Source: Mobula hypostoma (taxonomy: Eukaryota). Taken from it: a DNA stretch of 64,000 bases. Location: NCBI RefSeq assembly GCF_963921235.1, contig NC_086110.1, positions 13,206,001 to 13,270,000 on the forward strand, in the 5' to 3' direction. A model generated the notes under the pieces. That model was not told the origin of the DNA. It was given only the letters and a program-made list of their open reading frames with translations, and did not search any database. The translations under genes and the position numbers were made by a program. Below are positions 1 to 12,569 of the stretch, piece after piece (positions within the stretch are counted from its first letter, which is position 1; each line of letters begins with the position of its first letter).

Positions 1-130
1 TTATTTCTCCTATTGTTTAGAATATCTTCTAATACATTACCCAGTTATCTGTAATACCAACTAGTCCATAATATCTCGGCTTATTCCGAGAGTCCATCTT
101 GAACAACGGCAAACTAGATACAAAATTGGA

Positions 131-216
131 GCAACACACATAAAAATTGCTGGTGAACGCAGCAGGCCAGGCAGCATCAACAGGAAGAGGTACGGTCAGC
201 GTTTCCGGCCGAGACC
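131..216 (-). mobile_element. Short Penelope terminal (pLTR) fragment with 7-bp TSD
   Basis: Matches the Penelope terminus seen at 39630-39740 (GCTGGTGAACGCAGCAGGCCAGGCAGCATC); AATTGGA at 124-130 and 217-223. Confidence 0.7.
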
Positions 217-223
217 AATTGGA

Positions 224-1285
224 AAGCAAGTTCATGGGAAACTGAAAGATCTGAGGGTAAGTAATTCACCTGGATCAGATGATGAACATCCCAGGATTCT
301 GAAAAATGTTGCTCATAAGATTGTGGATGTTTTAATAAGGTCTTTCAATAATAACTAAATTCTTGAGTGGTTTCGATAGACAAGAAAATTGTAAATGTCA
401 CTCCACTCTTCAAGAAGCCTGAAGGCGGAAAAGGGAAACTGTAGGCCAGTCAGTCTGACCTCACTGGTTGACAAGATGTTGGAGTCCATCATTAAGGATC
501 AGGTCTTAGGTTAGCTGGAGACACATAATAAAACACGCACTATTCAGCATAATTTCCTGAAAGGAAACTCTCGCCAGACAAATCTGATTGAATTATTTGA
601 AGGAATAAAAAGTAGGATAGATAACGATAGGCAGAATCGGTTGTTGTGCACTTGGATTTTCAGAAGGCCTTTGACAAGGTACCACACACAATGCTGTTAA
701 ACAAGCTACGAGCCCAAAGTATTACAAGAAAGATATAGGGTGGATAAAGCAGTGGCTGGTTGGTAAGTGACAAAGAATGGGAATAAAGTGAGCATTTTCT
801 GGTTGGCTGCCCGTGACTAACGGAGTTCCACAGGGATCTGCGCCGTGACCGATTCGTTCAATGTTATCTGTCAATGATATGGATGGTGGAATTGATGGCT
901 TTGTTGCAAAGTTTGCAGACGATATGAAGAGAGGTGGAGAGGCAGGTAGTTTTAGGAAATAGAGAGGCTACAGAAGGACTGAGACAGATTAGGAGGGCAG
1001 GCAAAGAAACGGCAGATGGAATGCAGTGTCGAGAAGTGTGTGAGCATGCAGTTTGGTGGAGGGTGTGAACGGTTTGTATATTTTCTAACTGGAGAGAAAA
1101 CACAAAAAGAAACATTCAGGTGGAAAGGGACTTGGGAGTCCGTGTGCTGTATTCCATACAGGTTAATTTGCAGGTTGGGTCTGTGGTCAGGAAGGCAAAT
1201 CCAATGATCGCATTCATTGCAAAAGGACTAGAATATAAGGGCAAGGATGTAATGTTCAGACTTCATAAAGCACTGGTGAGGCGTG
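224..1285 (+). mobile_element. Degenerate CR1 LINE RT fragment
   Basis: Codons for DFQKAFDKV (~655-680), GVPQGS (~822-840) and KFADD (~910-922); frameshifted; similar to the CR1 at 31575-33450. Confidence 0.85.
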
Positions 1286-1527
1286 AGGTGTCACGGCGTA
1301 TTTCGCATCTTGGCCCCCGAAGAACAATGTTTCTATTCGAAGTGTGTGTGTATGGTTGAGCAACAATAAACAGAACATGAAACTGAAAGGATTTATTAAA
1401 TACTGGTTAATACTGGCGGGTAACTAATTTGATAGTTGAACGTCATGCTAGTTGGAGGGGAGATAAGGGAAGTTACCTGTACTGATATGGATTGAAAATA
1501 CTCAATATAACTATGATTTTACTCAAG

Positions 1528-1821
1528 CTCCTCCAACTCCATTGGAAATTGTTCCTGTTGGAGGGTTTTCGTTTCCTCGAAAGCTCCTTTGTAAAACGGC
1601 TGCCTTCTACCCGGAGGAACTAGAAATCGTTTGGCAAAGAAATAACAAGCAAATTCGCACTGGAATAGAGAGTGTGAAAAACCGAAGCGTGGATGGCTTG
1701 TTCGAAGCTTTTCGTTTATTGGAATTCACGCAGTCTACTTGGGAAAAAGATGTTTACACCTGCCTGGTGTCGCATGGCTCCCTCACGGTGCCTGCCAGTT
1801 TCCGCTTCGTCCAGGACCAAG
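1528..1821 (+). CDS. Gene A, Ig C1-set domain exon (phase 1-1)
   Basis: tcaag|CT...CAAG|gtaaga; 294 nt; xPPTPLEIVPVGGFSFPRKLLCKTAAFYPEELEIVWQRNN...VYTCLVSHGSLTVPASFRFVQDQ; C1 hallmarks CxxxxFYP, W, YxCxVxH; paralogous to 47140-47436. Confidence 0.93.
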
Positions 1822-2428
1822 GTAAGATAGTGTCTTGATGAAGTCATGATGTTGGATCTCGGCCTTAAACGTCGACATTTTAGATCTGCCTGATCGGCTG
1901 AATTCCTCCATTTTATGTGTTATTCTGAATTTCAGCATGTCCAGAATCTTCTGTGCTCAATGTAAATGGAAGTCTTTACAAGTCATAGTTTGTGGGTTAA
2001 ATGTGACCTTGTTAAGAACAGTAACTGAACAGCTACCCAAACACGGAAGAATGACTAATTTTGAAGTTTAGTAATTGACAGGGAATATTAAACGTGAACG
2101 GTGTTCAAAAGTTAAAGTGTTATTCCCGTCGGTGTTAATCGTGTAGGAAGAATCAAGAAATTGAATTCCTGCAATATTTGTAAGATAGCAAACGTTTGAA
2201 CATTTGCTAAAAATATGACAAAGCAAAACTTAAACTCTAAAAGACATAGTAATATAACAAAGGTGAGAATATGCATTTCGTATCTTACGATATATTTCCC
2301 GATCGTGTGTACTGAGATTTGAAACGAGCCTGTAAAATATTTTGGATTGTTGATTCTCATGTGTGCATTTGTTTTTAGATGAAGAAATGCTTCATAGTTT
2401 CTTGTTTTTCCCCCTATTGATCCACAAG

Positions 2429-2527
2429 GCGCTGATACTAAATTGATTCTCTCATATACACTGAAGGGATTGGCAATTTTAGCACTGATAATGGTTTTGG
2501 TGACAGTCAACTTCAAGAGATCGCACG
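2429..2527 (+). CDS. Gene A, transmembrane exon with intramembrane Lys
   Basis: Pyrimidine tract + cacaag|GC...CACG|gtaaga; phase 1-1; GADTKLILSYTLKGLAILALIMVLVTVNFKRSH; aligns without gaps to the gene B TM exon over the TM segment. Confidence 0.85.
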
Positions 2528-3124
2528 GTAAGAACGATGATCGCTGAGAAACATCACCACTATTCGTCCAAACAGATGCGTTAATGATATTTAACTGCAA
2601 AAGAGTAAATGCCCTTTACAAAATGACTGGACATGGATTGCGATTTTCGAAGTCAGACTCAGTGATAATACTCAGTTACAATAGAAGGTAGATCTTAAAA
2701 TTCAACTATTTCATCAGTCCACTCGAAGTATTACACATCTCATTCACAAATGCTTTTCTATGATTTTGGAGTTCTTCAACTGTTTTAAGTGCAATGGCAG
2801 ATCTATACTTTGAAGCGTAAAGAACACTGTCGAGCTCGTGCATGTCTCATTGATTTTAATTTCCATTTGAGCGACAGTATTTAAGTGTAGTACGGCCACT
2901 GATATACTATTATCACTTTATAGCTTCGTTAAAAGTCAAAGTTTATTGAGCATAATGCCATGAGGTTGACGCGGAACACACTGTATTCGGACAATTGATA
3001 TCACCAAATGCTTTCTGAAATATCCGTACCTTGCGCAGTTCGTCTTACACAATGAATTCGATTCGTATCAAACGAATAAAGTCCAATTTTTACAATACAA
3101 ATAATTTATTTTATTTTTCTTAAG

Positions 3125-3168
3125 GGATTAACAGAAGTTCTTCGAACAGATGTCAGAATGAGGAGCCG
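3125..3168 (+). CDS. Gene A, 44-nt cytoplasmic exon (phase 1-0)
   Basis: tttatttttcttaag|GG...CCG|gtaggt; GINRSSSNRCQNEEP; bridges the phase-1 TM exon to the phase-0 terminal exon; same length and donor as 54877-54920. Confidence 0.8.
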
Positions 3169-5234
3169 GTAGGTGAACTGGATCGTCTTCTTTCAGAGCC
3201 ATGTATACGCATAGTAGAGATATTATAAATTTATTTTGTTCCACAACATTTTGGAATGCAGTAGGGAAGAATGAAACCATTCTGTCTGACGACTTTTTTT
3301 ATTTTGAAGTATATATCCAAGATGTATTTGAATATTCCTGTTGAATATGCTTCAAATCGTCTTTGAGGATTTAACACCAGTTCATAACCGGTTGCATTAA
3401 GGTGCACGGTAATAGTAACTAATGGAAGTTAAGCTGTTACTCATACTTCGTGTGACGAATAATTAAATACAAATCTAAGACTAGGATGTTTTAGATGTAA
3501 AATGTCGGTTTACGAGAATTGCGATGTAGTGGCAATCGGAAAATACAGTACACGCACGAATCATTTCGCAATATATGTTACATTTGATTTGAACGCACAG
3601 TAAGCAAGATTAAAAATGCAATGAAATCTTGCTTTGGAACGTAATATGCAGTTTTTAACCCCGATTCCCAACAAAGATTCACACAGCAGTGCATAACCTG
3701 CAATGTAATCGAATATGCTTCCAATTAAATCTTGTACTATCTGGTGCACAATGATACCCAAGCGAAACTCCACAATACACCTTCTACTCCACGGGGCTAC
3801 GCTGAACGATGATCATCCTCAATTTGGAAAGAAATGCCTGAAACATATAAATGTATTGTCATCTCCCATTTTGGATTCAAACCAGATATTAAAAACCTAT
3901 AACGACATCTTTGGAGGGAGAAATAGTTGTTCCTTCAGATTGAACCCCCTTCCCCAGAAAGCAACGTAAATGTTAGCTGTTTCTCTTTGCTCTCGTGTTT
4001 CCTGATCCACCGTAAGTTTTATTTATTGATAAATAAAGCATATTCAAATTTCAAATTTACAGCAGTTTAATGTTATTAAATTTGTCCCACCGGGATTCTC
4101 CTAACAGCATATATTAAATATTTATCGGTTGTATACCCATCTGTCTATAACTGGAAACGTCTTCTTGTGTTCCATTAATCGCCTTCCCAATTTTAGCACA
4201 TATTTTTACTTTTACGTAACAATAGCTGCTGCAGCAACTTTTCACATCACCAAAACAAGAATGTCATATATAATACTGGTTTTATTATAGTAGAATTCCG
4301 TAAGTACTTTCATCAGTGTTCGTAGCACTTCCTGGAATGAAGGACTGCTAATGCGAGTAATACCTAAGTTGAAGCTAGAACATTCAAGATAACATTTTTA
4401 CTGTTGTTGTATTGCTCTGGTATGCTATGTCATTGTTTCAGCCAAAACAAATGCTATTTTAACTATTTACTTTAACGGGCATGTCCAACTGCTCTAATTA
4501 TTTCAATCGTAGTTTAATTGATGCATTAGTAAAACCAATCACCTCAACAGCGGGCAAGATGCCTCTCCCATATTTGCTGCCTTAATTACGTAAGTACATC
4601 AGGTCTTGCCATTTGTTTCAAGGTTCATAACTTAAATAATGCGAGCTTTAAGGGTCAGAGGTTCGAATTGCACCGAGGGGACGAAATCTGGTCATGCCAA
4701 TCATTACAATTATTTGACGGGGTGTGTAAGGGAAACGGATCGGATAAAACCCATGCAAAAAAAAACTTAGAGGATCGTAACTACAGATATGACAAAAAAA
4801 AAAGAAACAAAAGAGATGGCCAGAACTGAGAAACGCCTCGATAGATAGGAAGGTTTTAACTGGTTTGGAAATCTAATGTACACATAGCGATTTCCCGCCT
4901 GAAATGGATTTGGTATCCCACTCCTATAAGATATGCGGACAATATTTTTGTGCGCAGCCAAAATGTTACTCCAACCATTTAAAATGCTTTTCTATGATTA
5001 CATGTTCCGAATCGAACTTAGTTCATGGTCACTGACCTCTGTAATCGTTAGCAGTATTAAATGTGTTTTCTCTAGCAGGCTGAACAAGGAGCGGTTGAGC
5101 ACGCCACTGCTTATAATTCACTAAATATGAGGGAGAGCACAGGATTTCGCAAAGATCGACAACAAGAAGTGCGCATTATCTAATCTCAGGTAACGCCGAC
5201 AGATTAGCTTGAATAACATGAATTTGGTTTTGAA

Positions 5235-5472
5235 ATATAGCACTGTAACAGAGCCATCCGGCAGAACTAGTTCGTCCCGCCCAATTACACCCATGTGACC
5301 AATTAGCATACTCAACAGTTCGTCTTTGGAATGTGAGAGGAAGTCAGAGCGCCCGAAGAAAACCGTACGGTCATGGGGAGACGAACAAACACACTATTTA
5401 GGGGCGGAAATTCAACCTGGATCACTGCTGCTGTAATACCGTTACGCTAGCCTCTACGCCATCGTGCCACCC
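5235..5472 (-). mobile_element. tRNA-derived SINE (HE1-like), degenerate
   Basis: Minus strand begins GGGTGGCACGATGGCGTAGAGGCTAGCGTAACGG, with a B-box-like GGTTGAATTTCC; truncated homologue at ~24640-24775. Confidence 0.6.
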
Positions 5473-5503
5473 AAAATGTATATAAGACCAACATATATTT
5501 GAA

Positions 5504-6195
5504 CATTATTAGATTATGAGAACGCTCAGTCCCTTTTTATTAACATTTAGAAATGCATACATGCATTAAGAAATGATAAAATGTTTCTCTGGAGTGATAT
5601 CACAGAAAACAAGACAGACCAAAGAACACTGACACAACCACATAATTATAATATATAGTTACAGCAGTGGAAAGCAATACCATAATTTGATAAAGAATAG
5701 ACCATGGGCACAGTAAAATAAAGTCTCAAAGTCCCGAGTCGATCAACTCCTCAGTCCCCGATAGCAGGCGGCAAAAGGGAGAAACTCCCTGCCATAAAAC
5801 TCCAGGCACCGTCATCTTGCCGATTTCTTGGAAGCAGCCGATCCTAGCCGACACTGAGTCCATCCGTTCGAAAACTCCGAGCTTCCGACCAGCCTTTCCG
5901 ATACAGCCTCCCGAGAGCCATCCTCTGCCGAGCGGCTTCGACCTCTCCCCAGCCGCTGAAACACGGAAAGCCGAGGATTTCCGGGCCTTCTGCTCCGGAG
6001 ATATCCGGTTACCACACAGCACCAACGGCAGCGAAGCAGGCATTTCAGAAGCTTTCCAGGTGTTCCGCTGTTATCTCACGTCTGTCTCCATCAAATCAGA
6101 ATTGCTCACGGTCCCCTACTTGACAGATAACAGTTTTTCTTCACCGAAGTGGCCGCGGGCGCTGTCGTCACGACGCCATCTTCTCCCCCTCCCGG
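5504..6195 (-). mobile_element. Unclassified ~0.7-kb non-autonomous retroposon, copy 1
   Basis: Reverse complement of the GGAGAAGATGGCG... element at 14081-14765 and 24841-25535; TAATC-type tail. Confidence 0.75.
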
Positions 6196-6299
6196 GGGGC
6201 TCATTTTACAAAACTGAGCAGACATTTGGCACTTTAACAAAATGTAGACTGCACCAGAGCTCACCCTCTTTCACCGAAAATGAACCTGGTACCATTTAC

Positions 6300-6820
6300 A
6301 ACTGAACGCTCTCGAAATATAATCACCTTTTACTTCAGTCCGGGTCGACTCCAACCTGAAGGCATGAACATTGATCTCTCGAACTTTTGAACTATTTCAT
6401 CATCCCCCTTCTCTTTTTTCCCTATTCCTAATTCTGGCTTCCTTTCACCTTTTCTCTTCTCCCCATCTGCCCATCACTTCCACTGGTGAGCCTCCTCCTT
6501 CCATTTCATCCAGGGTCCACTGTCACCTTCTAAAAGATTCCTTCTTGCACCCTTTTCCTTTTCCACCTATCACCGTCCAGCTTCTACGTCATTCCATCCC
6601 CGATCATTCACACAGTTTCTTACTCACCCGGTTTCTCCTATCACCTGCCATCTTGTACTCTTTCCACACCCTGTTATTCTAGCTTCTGACCACTTCTTTT
6701 GCTGTCCTGATGAAGCGCTTCGGACAGAAACGTCGACAGTAAGCCTTCATACATGCTGCCTTACCTAATGAATTACATCGGCATTTTCTTGCATTTCTCA
6801 AGATTTTCAGCATCTACAGG
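6300..6820 (+). mobile_element. Degenerate Penelope 3' end/pLTR
   Basis: LQPEGMNID-like end, C/T-rich tract, CTGATGA...GAAACGTCGAC motif at 6702-6739. Confidence 0.75.
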
Positions 6821-7466
6821 AACCCTCGAGATTATCTTTTTTCCATTGCTTTTACGAATTTAATTTCATATGTTATGTGCAAACGAGGAAACACTAAAAA
6901 GCATGAAACTAGATATAGCCATCCTTTCCAACGCCTATTACCAGCTCCATAATGGACATGAATAACTGATCCAACCGAACTTTGGTGTTATTCATGGAAA
7001 TATCGAACAGTGACAAAACAGTAACCATACGGCATGGATCATGACAGTGTCTGTGAGCATTTGGAGTTCTGCAGGAAACACCCGGAAGATCTCTTGACTG
7101 AAACGTTTGCGGCAATCAGACACATATAACACAAAAAAATGCGCTTGCATTTTGAGGTAGAGAAATATTTTGTACTATACCTGTTTAAGGAGTTACCTAC
7201 TCTCCCAAGTCGATTTTGTTAAAATTTATTTCAAGTAAGGAAAGAAACGCTTATATTTCAGTGGGACGACACAGGTTCTTGGAGTTGAAATACCACATGA
7301 ATCAAAAAGCAAAATTTTGAAAAAAAAGGCATAAACTTTGTGTAAAGTGGCAGACACCTAAAATTGAAAACTTATTAGTGCATAACTAATTTATTTTATA
7401 ATTTTTGTTTCAATTTGTCAACTCGATGATTGTCGATTAACCACTAATTTCAAATTATTTTCACAG

Positions 7467-7598
7467 ACTAAAAGAAATGGAGCTGACGATCTGGCTTACG
7501 CCGCTCTGCAGCTTCCCGATTCCAAGAACACCTCAGCAGCCGAACATCAAAACCAACATATATTGTATACAGATGTAAATGCATCAAGGAAACTGTGA
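7467..7598 (+). CDS. Gene A, terminal cytoplasmic exon with two ITIMs
   Basis: ttattttcacag|ACT...TGA; TKRNGADDLAYAALQLPDSKNTSAAEHQNQHILYTDVNASRKL*; LAYAAL and ILYTDV both fit (I/V/L/S)xYxx(L/V/I). Confidence 0.82.
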   Translation, partial: TKRNGADDLAYAALQLPDSKNTSAAEHQNQHILYTDVNASRKL

Positions 7599-7791
7599 AG
7601 ATGAGAACCAACTGGAGTTCAGAACTATAGTTTGTAAAGGACTGCAGGCACCAGGCATTGCTTCGTTCCATTTCTTGCATTCAGACAAAAGCTTGTTACT
7701 CGATATCACATGTATAAGTTGACAAGATAAGCGATCATTTTAGTCATCGAAGTTCCTGTGATTTATTTGGGGCGATTATCACTGGAAAAAT

Positions 7792-7797
7792 AATAAA
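7792..7797 (+). promoter_or_regulatory. Candidate polyadenylation signal of gene A
   Basis: AATAAA about 195 nt after the stop codon. Confidence 0.45.
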
Positions 7798-10726
7798 AGT
7801 AAGAAATGTAAGAATAAGATTGTGAATAAGCCAATCTGCCTCTCTCTACTGCCCGGTCATTCAAGAGGATAATGTTCAACCATAATCTCCATTGAACAGT
7901 CTCCGATCATTCCATGAAATAAGCCTACTTTGGCTTATGTACCCCCACCCCAGGATATTCCCTCCAAAATCCTCAAAGGATGAAGGATGAAGAGAAATCA
8001 GAGATTAGTCACCGCCGGCGAGAGAAACTTGATTTGCAGGGTAAAAATCGCTAATGGAACAGTCATTCTTGCTCACTTACGTCAACGTTCAACCGAGGGA
8101 TATATAGATTTGAAGATATGAAAAAAACCGCAAAGTATTCTCGCGATAATACCTCTGTGCCTAAGTATTGATCAGTAAATGTCGTATGATAAAAAAAAAT
8201 CAGTACTCTTCTGTTTCATATACATTCACAGATTGTTGCTCAATATTAGTTGTAAAATGCAACTGCACTATCACATGGTAGTAACCGGAATCTCAGGGCA
8301 CCCAAAGGCAATAGAAATGCATTGTAACCTGTGGGCCTGTACCAGCCCACACTGAAGTAGAGGAGATACGCACATGGTCACATTAAAGGAGGTCAGGTTT
8401 AGACTAGTCATAACATTGGACCGAAAAACGTGGACATTGGAAAGTAGATTTATATAGAAATCACGTGTCTGGATGTGTACTCTCCAAGAATATGGTGCTT
8501 TGCACAGAGCTCCTCACCGATTAATAACTGCCCAATTGCCCAGTAGAGCAAAATAAACCTGAAATGTGCCCAGCATTTATTTGGCCAATAGTCAGCAAAT
8601 TGACGTATTAATTTCGGTTCAGGTAGATGTATGTGTGACATAACAGGGTGAGCATCCTGTTATAATAATACATTATTGTTGCTAATCACGTCAGCGTGGT
8701 TGGTGGATAAGGTGCGGAACGAAGGATGGCGGGGAGTAGGTACAGGGAACATCGACAGTGAAATAATTCCCCTGTCTGATAATGCAAACAACAATCTATT
8801 CCTGAAAGAGTTTCGGTATTCCAGATAAATTGGCAAAAAAATAATAGAAACGTACATGCTTCGAAATGAGAGTGGGCCGCTCAGACCTGTTCTGCTGGAT
8901 ATGCTGGCTGAGATAGATTTCCCGATGAGAATCATTCATTCACTTCATTCTCCTAGGTCACTTCACATTTCAAATCTCGTCGATTTCTCCACTTTCAAAT
9001 ATTGTTTTGATATTTACTTTCAGGTAAAAATGCACAGTTATATCTTGTTCGTAGTTGACATATCGTTGTACTCTTATCTTTCTTACTCATTTCTTCAATT
9101 ACTCATTAAAAACACAAATAGCCGTTTGTCATTTCTCTGAAGGGCAAAGTCACAAGAATAGACCATTTTCACAAGCGTGCGCAATGCTGGTGATATGTTC
9201 TAAAGTCCTTTTCTGGACTTATTCAGTTTCAGCTCAGATCAACATCGTTTCAAACTTATATCATTATTTGCTCGCAGTGGAGAATGCCCTGTGCAAAAAG
9301 AAAAGTAGTGCTGTCTAATACTGATGCAAAAGGACATGTGCACCATATTTATTGCGAAAAAGATCAGTACAGTCTAATGAAGAAAGTAAATAAGCACAAT
9401 ATATAAACGATAATCGGTTCAGGGATTTTAAATATTTATAAACTTGCAAATTCCTCTGAATCATCCCAATCAAGTGCATCCGGTCATTGCGGTGGCCTGA
9501 GAGACGGCGCCCTCTCTGATTGCTGCGCTGTTACGACGTTAACTTCATACTGCCCCTCCCCCAAGTCTATCGCTTTGCGCTGTTACAATCTGTTTAGAAA
9601 CACTCTTCTCACTCCTAGCAAACAATACAATAAACGATAAACTCTATCTTATTCGCGAAACACCCGACGTGATTTTGAACCTTGGCTTCTCACTTCGGTT
9701 CATTTCAGAATTAGAAAGCGAAATCTCGGTTAAAAAATGTTTCGGAGAATCACTGAGGATGCATTATACGCAAAATGCGTTTATTAAGCATCTAAAGTAA
9801 AGATCGCTTTGCACTGCCGACTGAGCAGCATTAATCCCATGATATTGTTTTCTTGTGTGATCACGATTTCCCCCATTAACTGTCCAATATATATCCTTTA
9901 ATCAATCTTAATAAAACATCTTTGACTCGACAGTTATTATATGTCTTTGCAGGAATCTGCAACGAGCAAATTGGATCAAAGCTTTGTTGTTACGCTTCCA
10001 AACACTGCACTATTCCATCCCACTGCCACCAGGTTCGGTTATGGCCCAAGTGCGGAGCGAGAGACACTGAAGTGGGTCGAGAGTTCACAAAACTTTATTG
10101 CGAGCAGTGTTAAACGGAAAATAAAACTATAAACGCCAGGCCAAACAGGGCCGTTAACTAAAAAACTCAGCGGGAGGAGAGGCCAACACTACTGCTGAAA
10201 AGAACATTTAAGAATTAAAAGAAGATCATGAGTCTTCAGAATCAGTTGAAACGTAAGTCCAATTTCTCGGGGAAGACCGAATGCAAACAGGCAGCGAAGC
10301 ATTGCTGTGTTCTGTCCAATTCTCGACAAGCACTTGGACGACAAGTATGGAGTTAAATACTATCACGATTACATAATAATTAGCTGAAACGTGCATATTC
10401 ACAAGCGCAATTGTATATCTACTGTGCTGCCGAATCCGTGGGTGTGACACCCACGAGCTTGGTTCCTCCTGTCACCGGTCGTACACTTCTTTTTCACATT
10501 TATATATTGCGCATCTTCCCTTTACACACTAAACCCCGAGTCCTCAACTCAAAACATTAAACACCCGCATTGCCCGGCCCACCAAATCCGTCGAGTAATT
10601 TCCTTTTATTTCAATTATTATTTGACATTTTCAAAGATGCTTGTGAATATTCCGAGGAACAATGAAGTTGAACCGTAATTCCATGCAAGCACGGTATATT
10701 TTACCCTAAAGCTTTATGATTATATA

Positions 10727-11858
10727 CAGTGCCATGCAAAAGTTTAGGCACCCCTGGTCAATATTTCTGTTACTGCAAATAGCTAAGCGAGTAAATATGA
10801 ACTGATTTCCAAACGGCATAAAGTTAAAGATGACACGTTTCTTTACTATTTTAAGGAAGATTACTTTTTTTTTTATTTCTATCGTTTACACTTGCAAAAT
10901 AACAAAAAAAGGAAAAGGGCCCGATGTAATAGTTTGGACACCCAGCATGGTCAGTACTTGGTAACACCCCCTTGGACAAGTATCACAGCTTGTAAATACT
11001 TCCTGTAGCCAGCTAAGGGTCTTTCAATTATTGTTTTGGGGATGTTCGCCCATTCTTCCTTGCAAAATGCACCTACCTCTGTGTGATTCTTGGGCCGTCT
11101 TGCATGCACTGCTCTTTTGAGGTCTATCCACAGATGTTCGATGATGTTTTGGTCGGGAGACTGTGAGGGCAATAGCAAAACCTTCAGATTGCGCCTCTTG
11201 AGGTAGTCCATTGTGGATTTTGACGTGTGTTTAGGATCAACATCCTGTTGTAGAAGCCATCTTCTTTTCACCTTCAGTTGTTTTTTTACAGACAGTGTAA
11301 TGTTTACTTCAAGAATTTGCAGGTACTTAATTTAATACATTCTTCCATCTACTAGTGAAATGTTCCCCTTGGCACTGGCTGCAACACAAGCCCAAAGAAT
11401 GATCGATCCACCCCCGTGCTTAACATTAGGAGAGGTGCTCTTTTCATGAAATTCTGCACCCTTTAATCTCCAAACATAACTTTGCTTATTGCAGCCAAAA
11501 AGCTCTATTTTAACTTTATCAGTCCACAGAGCTTTTTACCAAAATTCATCAGGCTTGTTCAGATGTTCCTTTGCAAACCTCTGATGCTGAATTTTGTGGT
11601 GAGGACGCAGGAAAGATTTTCTTCTGATGACTCTTCCATGAAGGTCATAGTTGTGCAGCTGTCGCTGCACAGTAGAACAGTGCATCGCCACTCCAGAGAC
11701 TGCTAAATCTTCCTGAAGGTCTTTTGCAGCCAAACGTTGAGTTTGATTTGCCTTTCTCACAATCCTACGAGCAGTTCTATCGGAAAGTTTTCTTGGTCTT
11801 CCAGACCTCAGCTTGACCTCCACCATTTCTGCTAACTGCCATTTCTTAATTACATTAC
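10727..11858 (-). mobile_element. Tc1/mariner DNA transposon, truncated, frameshifted transposase
   Basis: TA|CAGTG terminus at 10725-10731; minus ORFs with QQDVDPKHTS, SQSPDQNIIEHLW and RSGRPRKLS. Confidence 0.92.
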
Positions 11859-12130
11859 TGTTACATACCTTGTGTGTATCTTGTGACTGTTTAATGACCA
11901 TGATGTAACTGAGTATCATGTGACCATGATGTAACGGTCTTGTGATGGTGGGGTGATGTAGTTTTCCCGCCAGTGTGAGGTCAGGTGATGACATGTTCTC
12001 AACAGGTTTATAACGGGGAACCCCTGTAGTTACGCAGTTGACTCGTTATTTAATTCGTCAGTTACTCCGTTATGATGCGTATTCGTCTCATGACGCAGTT
12101 TCGTTTTAAAGTAGTGTTTTACTAACTATT
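11859..12130. mobile_element. LTR-like fragment interrupting the Tc1
   Basis: Starts TGTTACA exactly where Tc1 homology stops; internal ATGATGTAAC repeats; lies near the Gypsy RT fragment. Confidence 0.45.
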
Positions 12131-12134
12131 GTAA

Positions 12135-12568
12135 GTCTAGTATTGGAAAGGGAAGACCTTAGTAATGTACGGGAAATGAATATCTGAAGAGGCATAATAT
12201 GATTAACAATTGGCAGCATGGCTTTGTCAATGGCAGGTGGTGCCTTACCAGCCTGATTGAATTTTTTGAGGATGCAGGTAGAGTCGTAGATGTAGCGTAT
12301 ATGCCATTTAGCAAGATGTTTGATAAGGTACCTAGTGCAAATCTAATTTAGAAAGTATGGAGGCATGGGATCCAAGGGGACATTGCTTTGTGGATCCTGA
12401 ACTGGCTTGCCCACGGAAGGCAAAGAGTAGTCGCAGACGGGTCATATTCAGCTTGGAGGCCGGTGACTAGTGGTATGCCTCAGAGATCTGTTCTGGGAAC
12501 CCTACTCTTTGTGATTTTTTATAAATGACCTGGATGAGGAAGTGTATGTTTTCTATGTTTCTATGTTT
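12135..12568 (+). mobile_element. CR1 fragment
   Basis: FDKVP and SGMPQ-type codons; TTCTATGT tail at ~12549-12568. Confidence 0.75.
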
Positions 12569-12569
12569 T

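Noticed and set aside
2112-2600. 162-aa minus-strand ORF
   Set aside because: Antisense to the gene A TM exon and intron, with no domain; probably chance.
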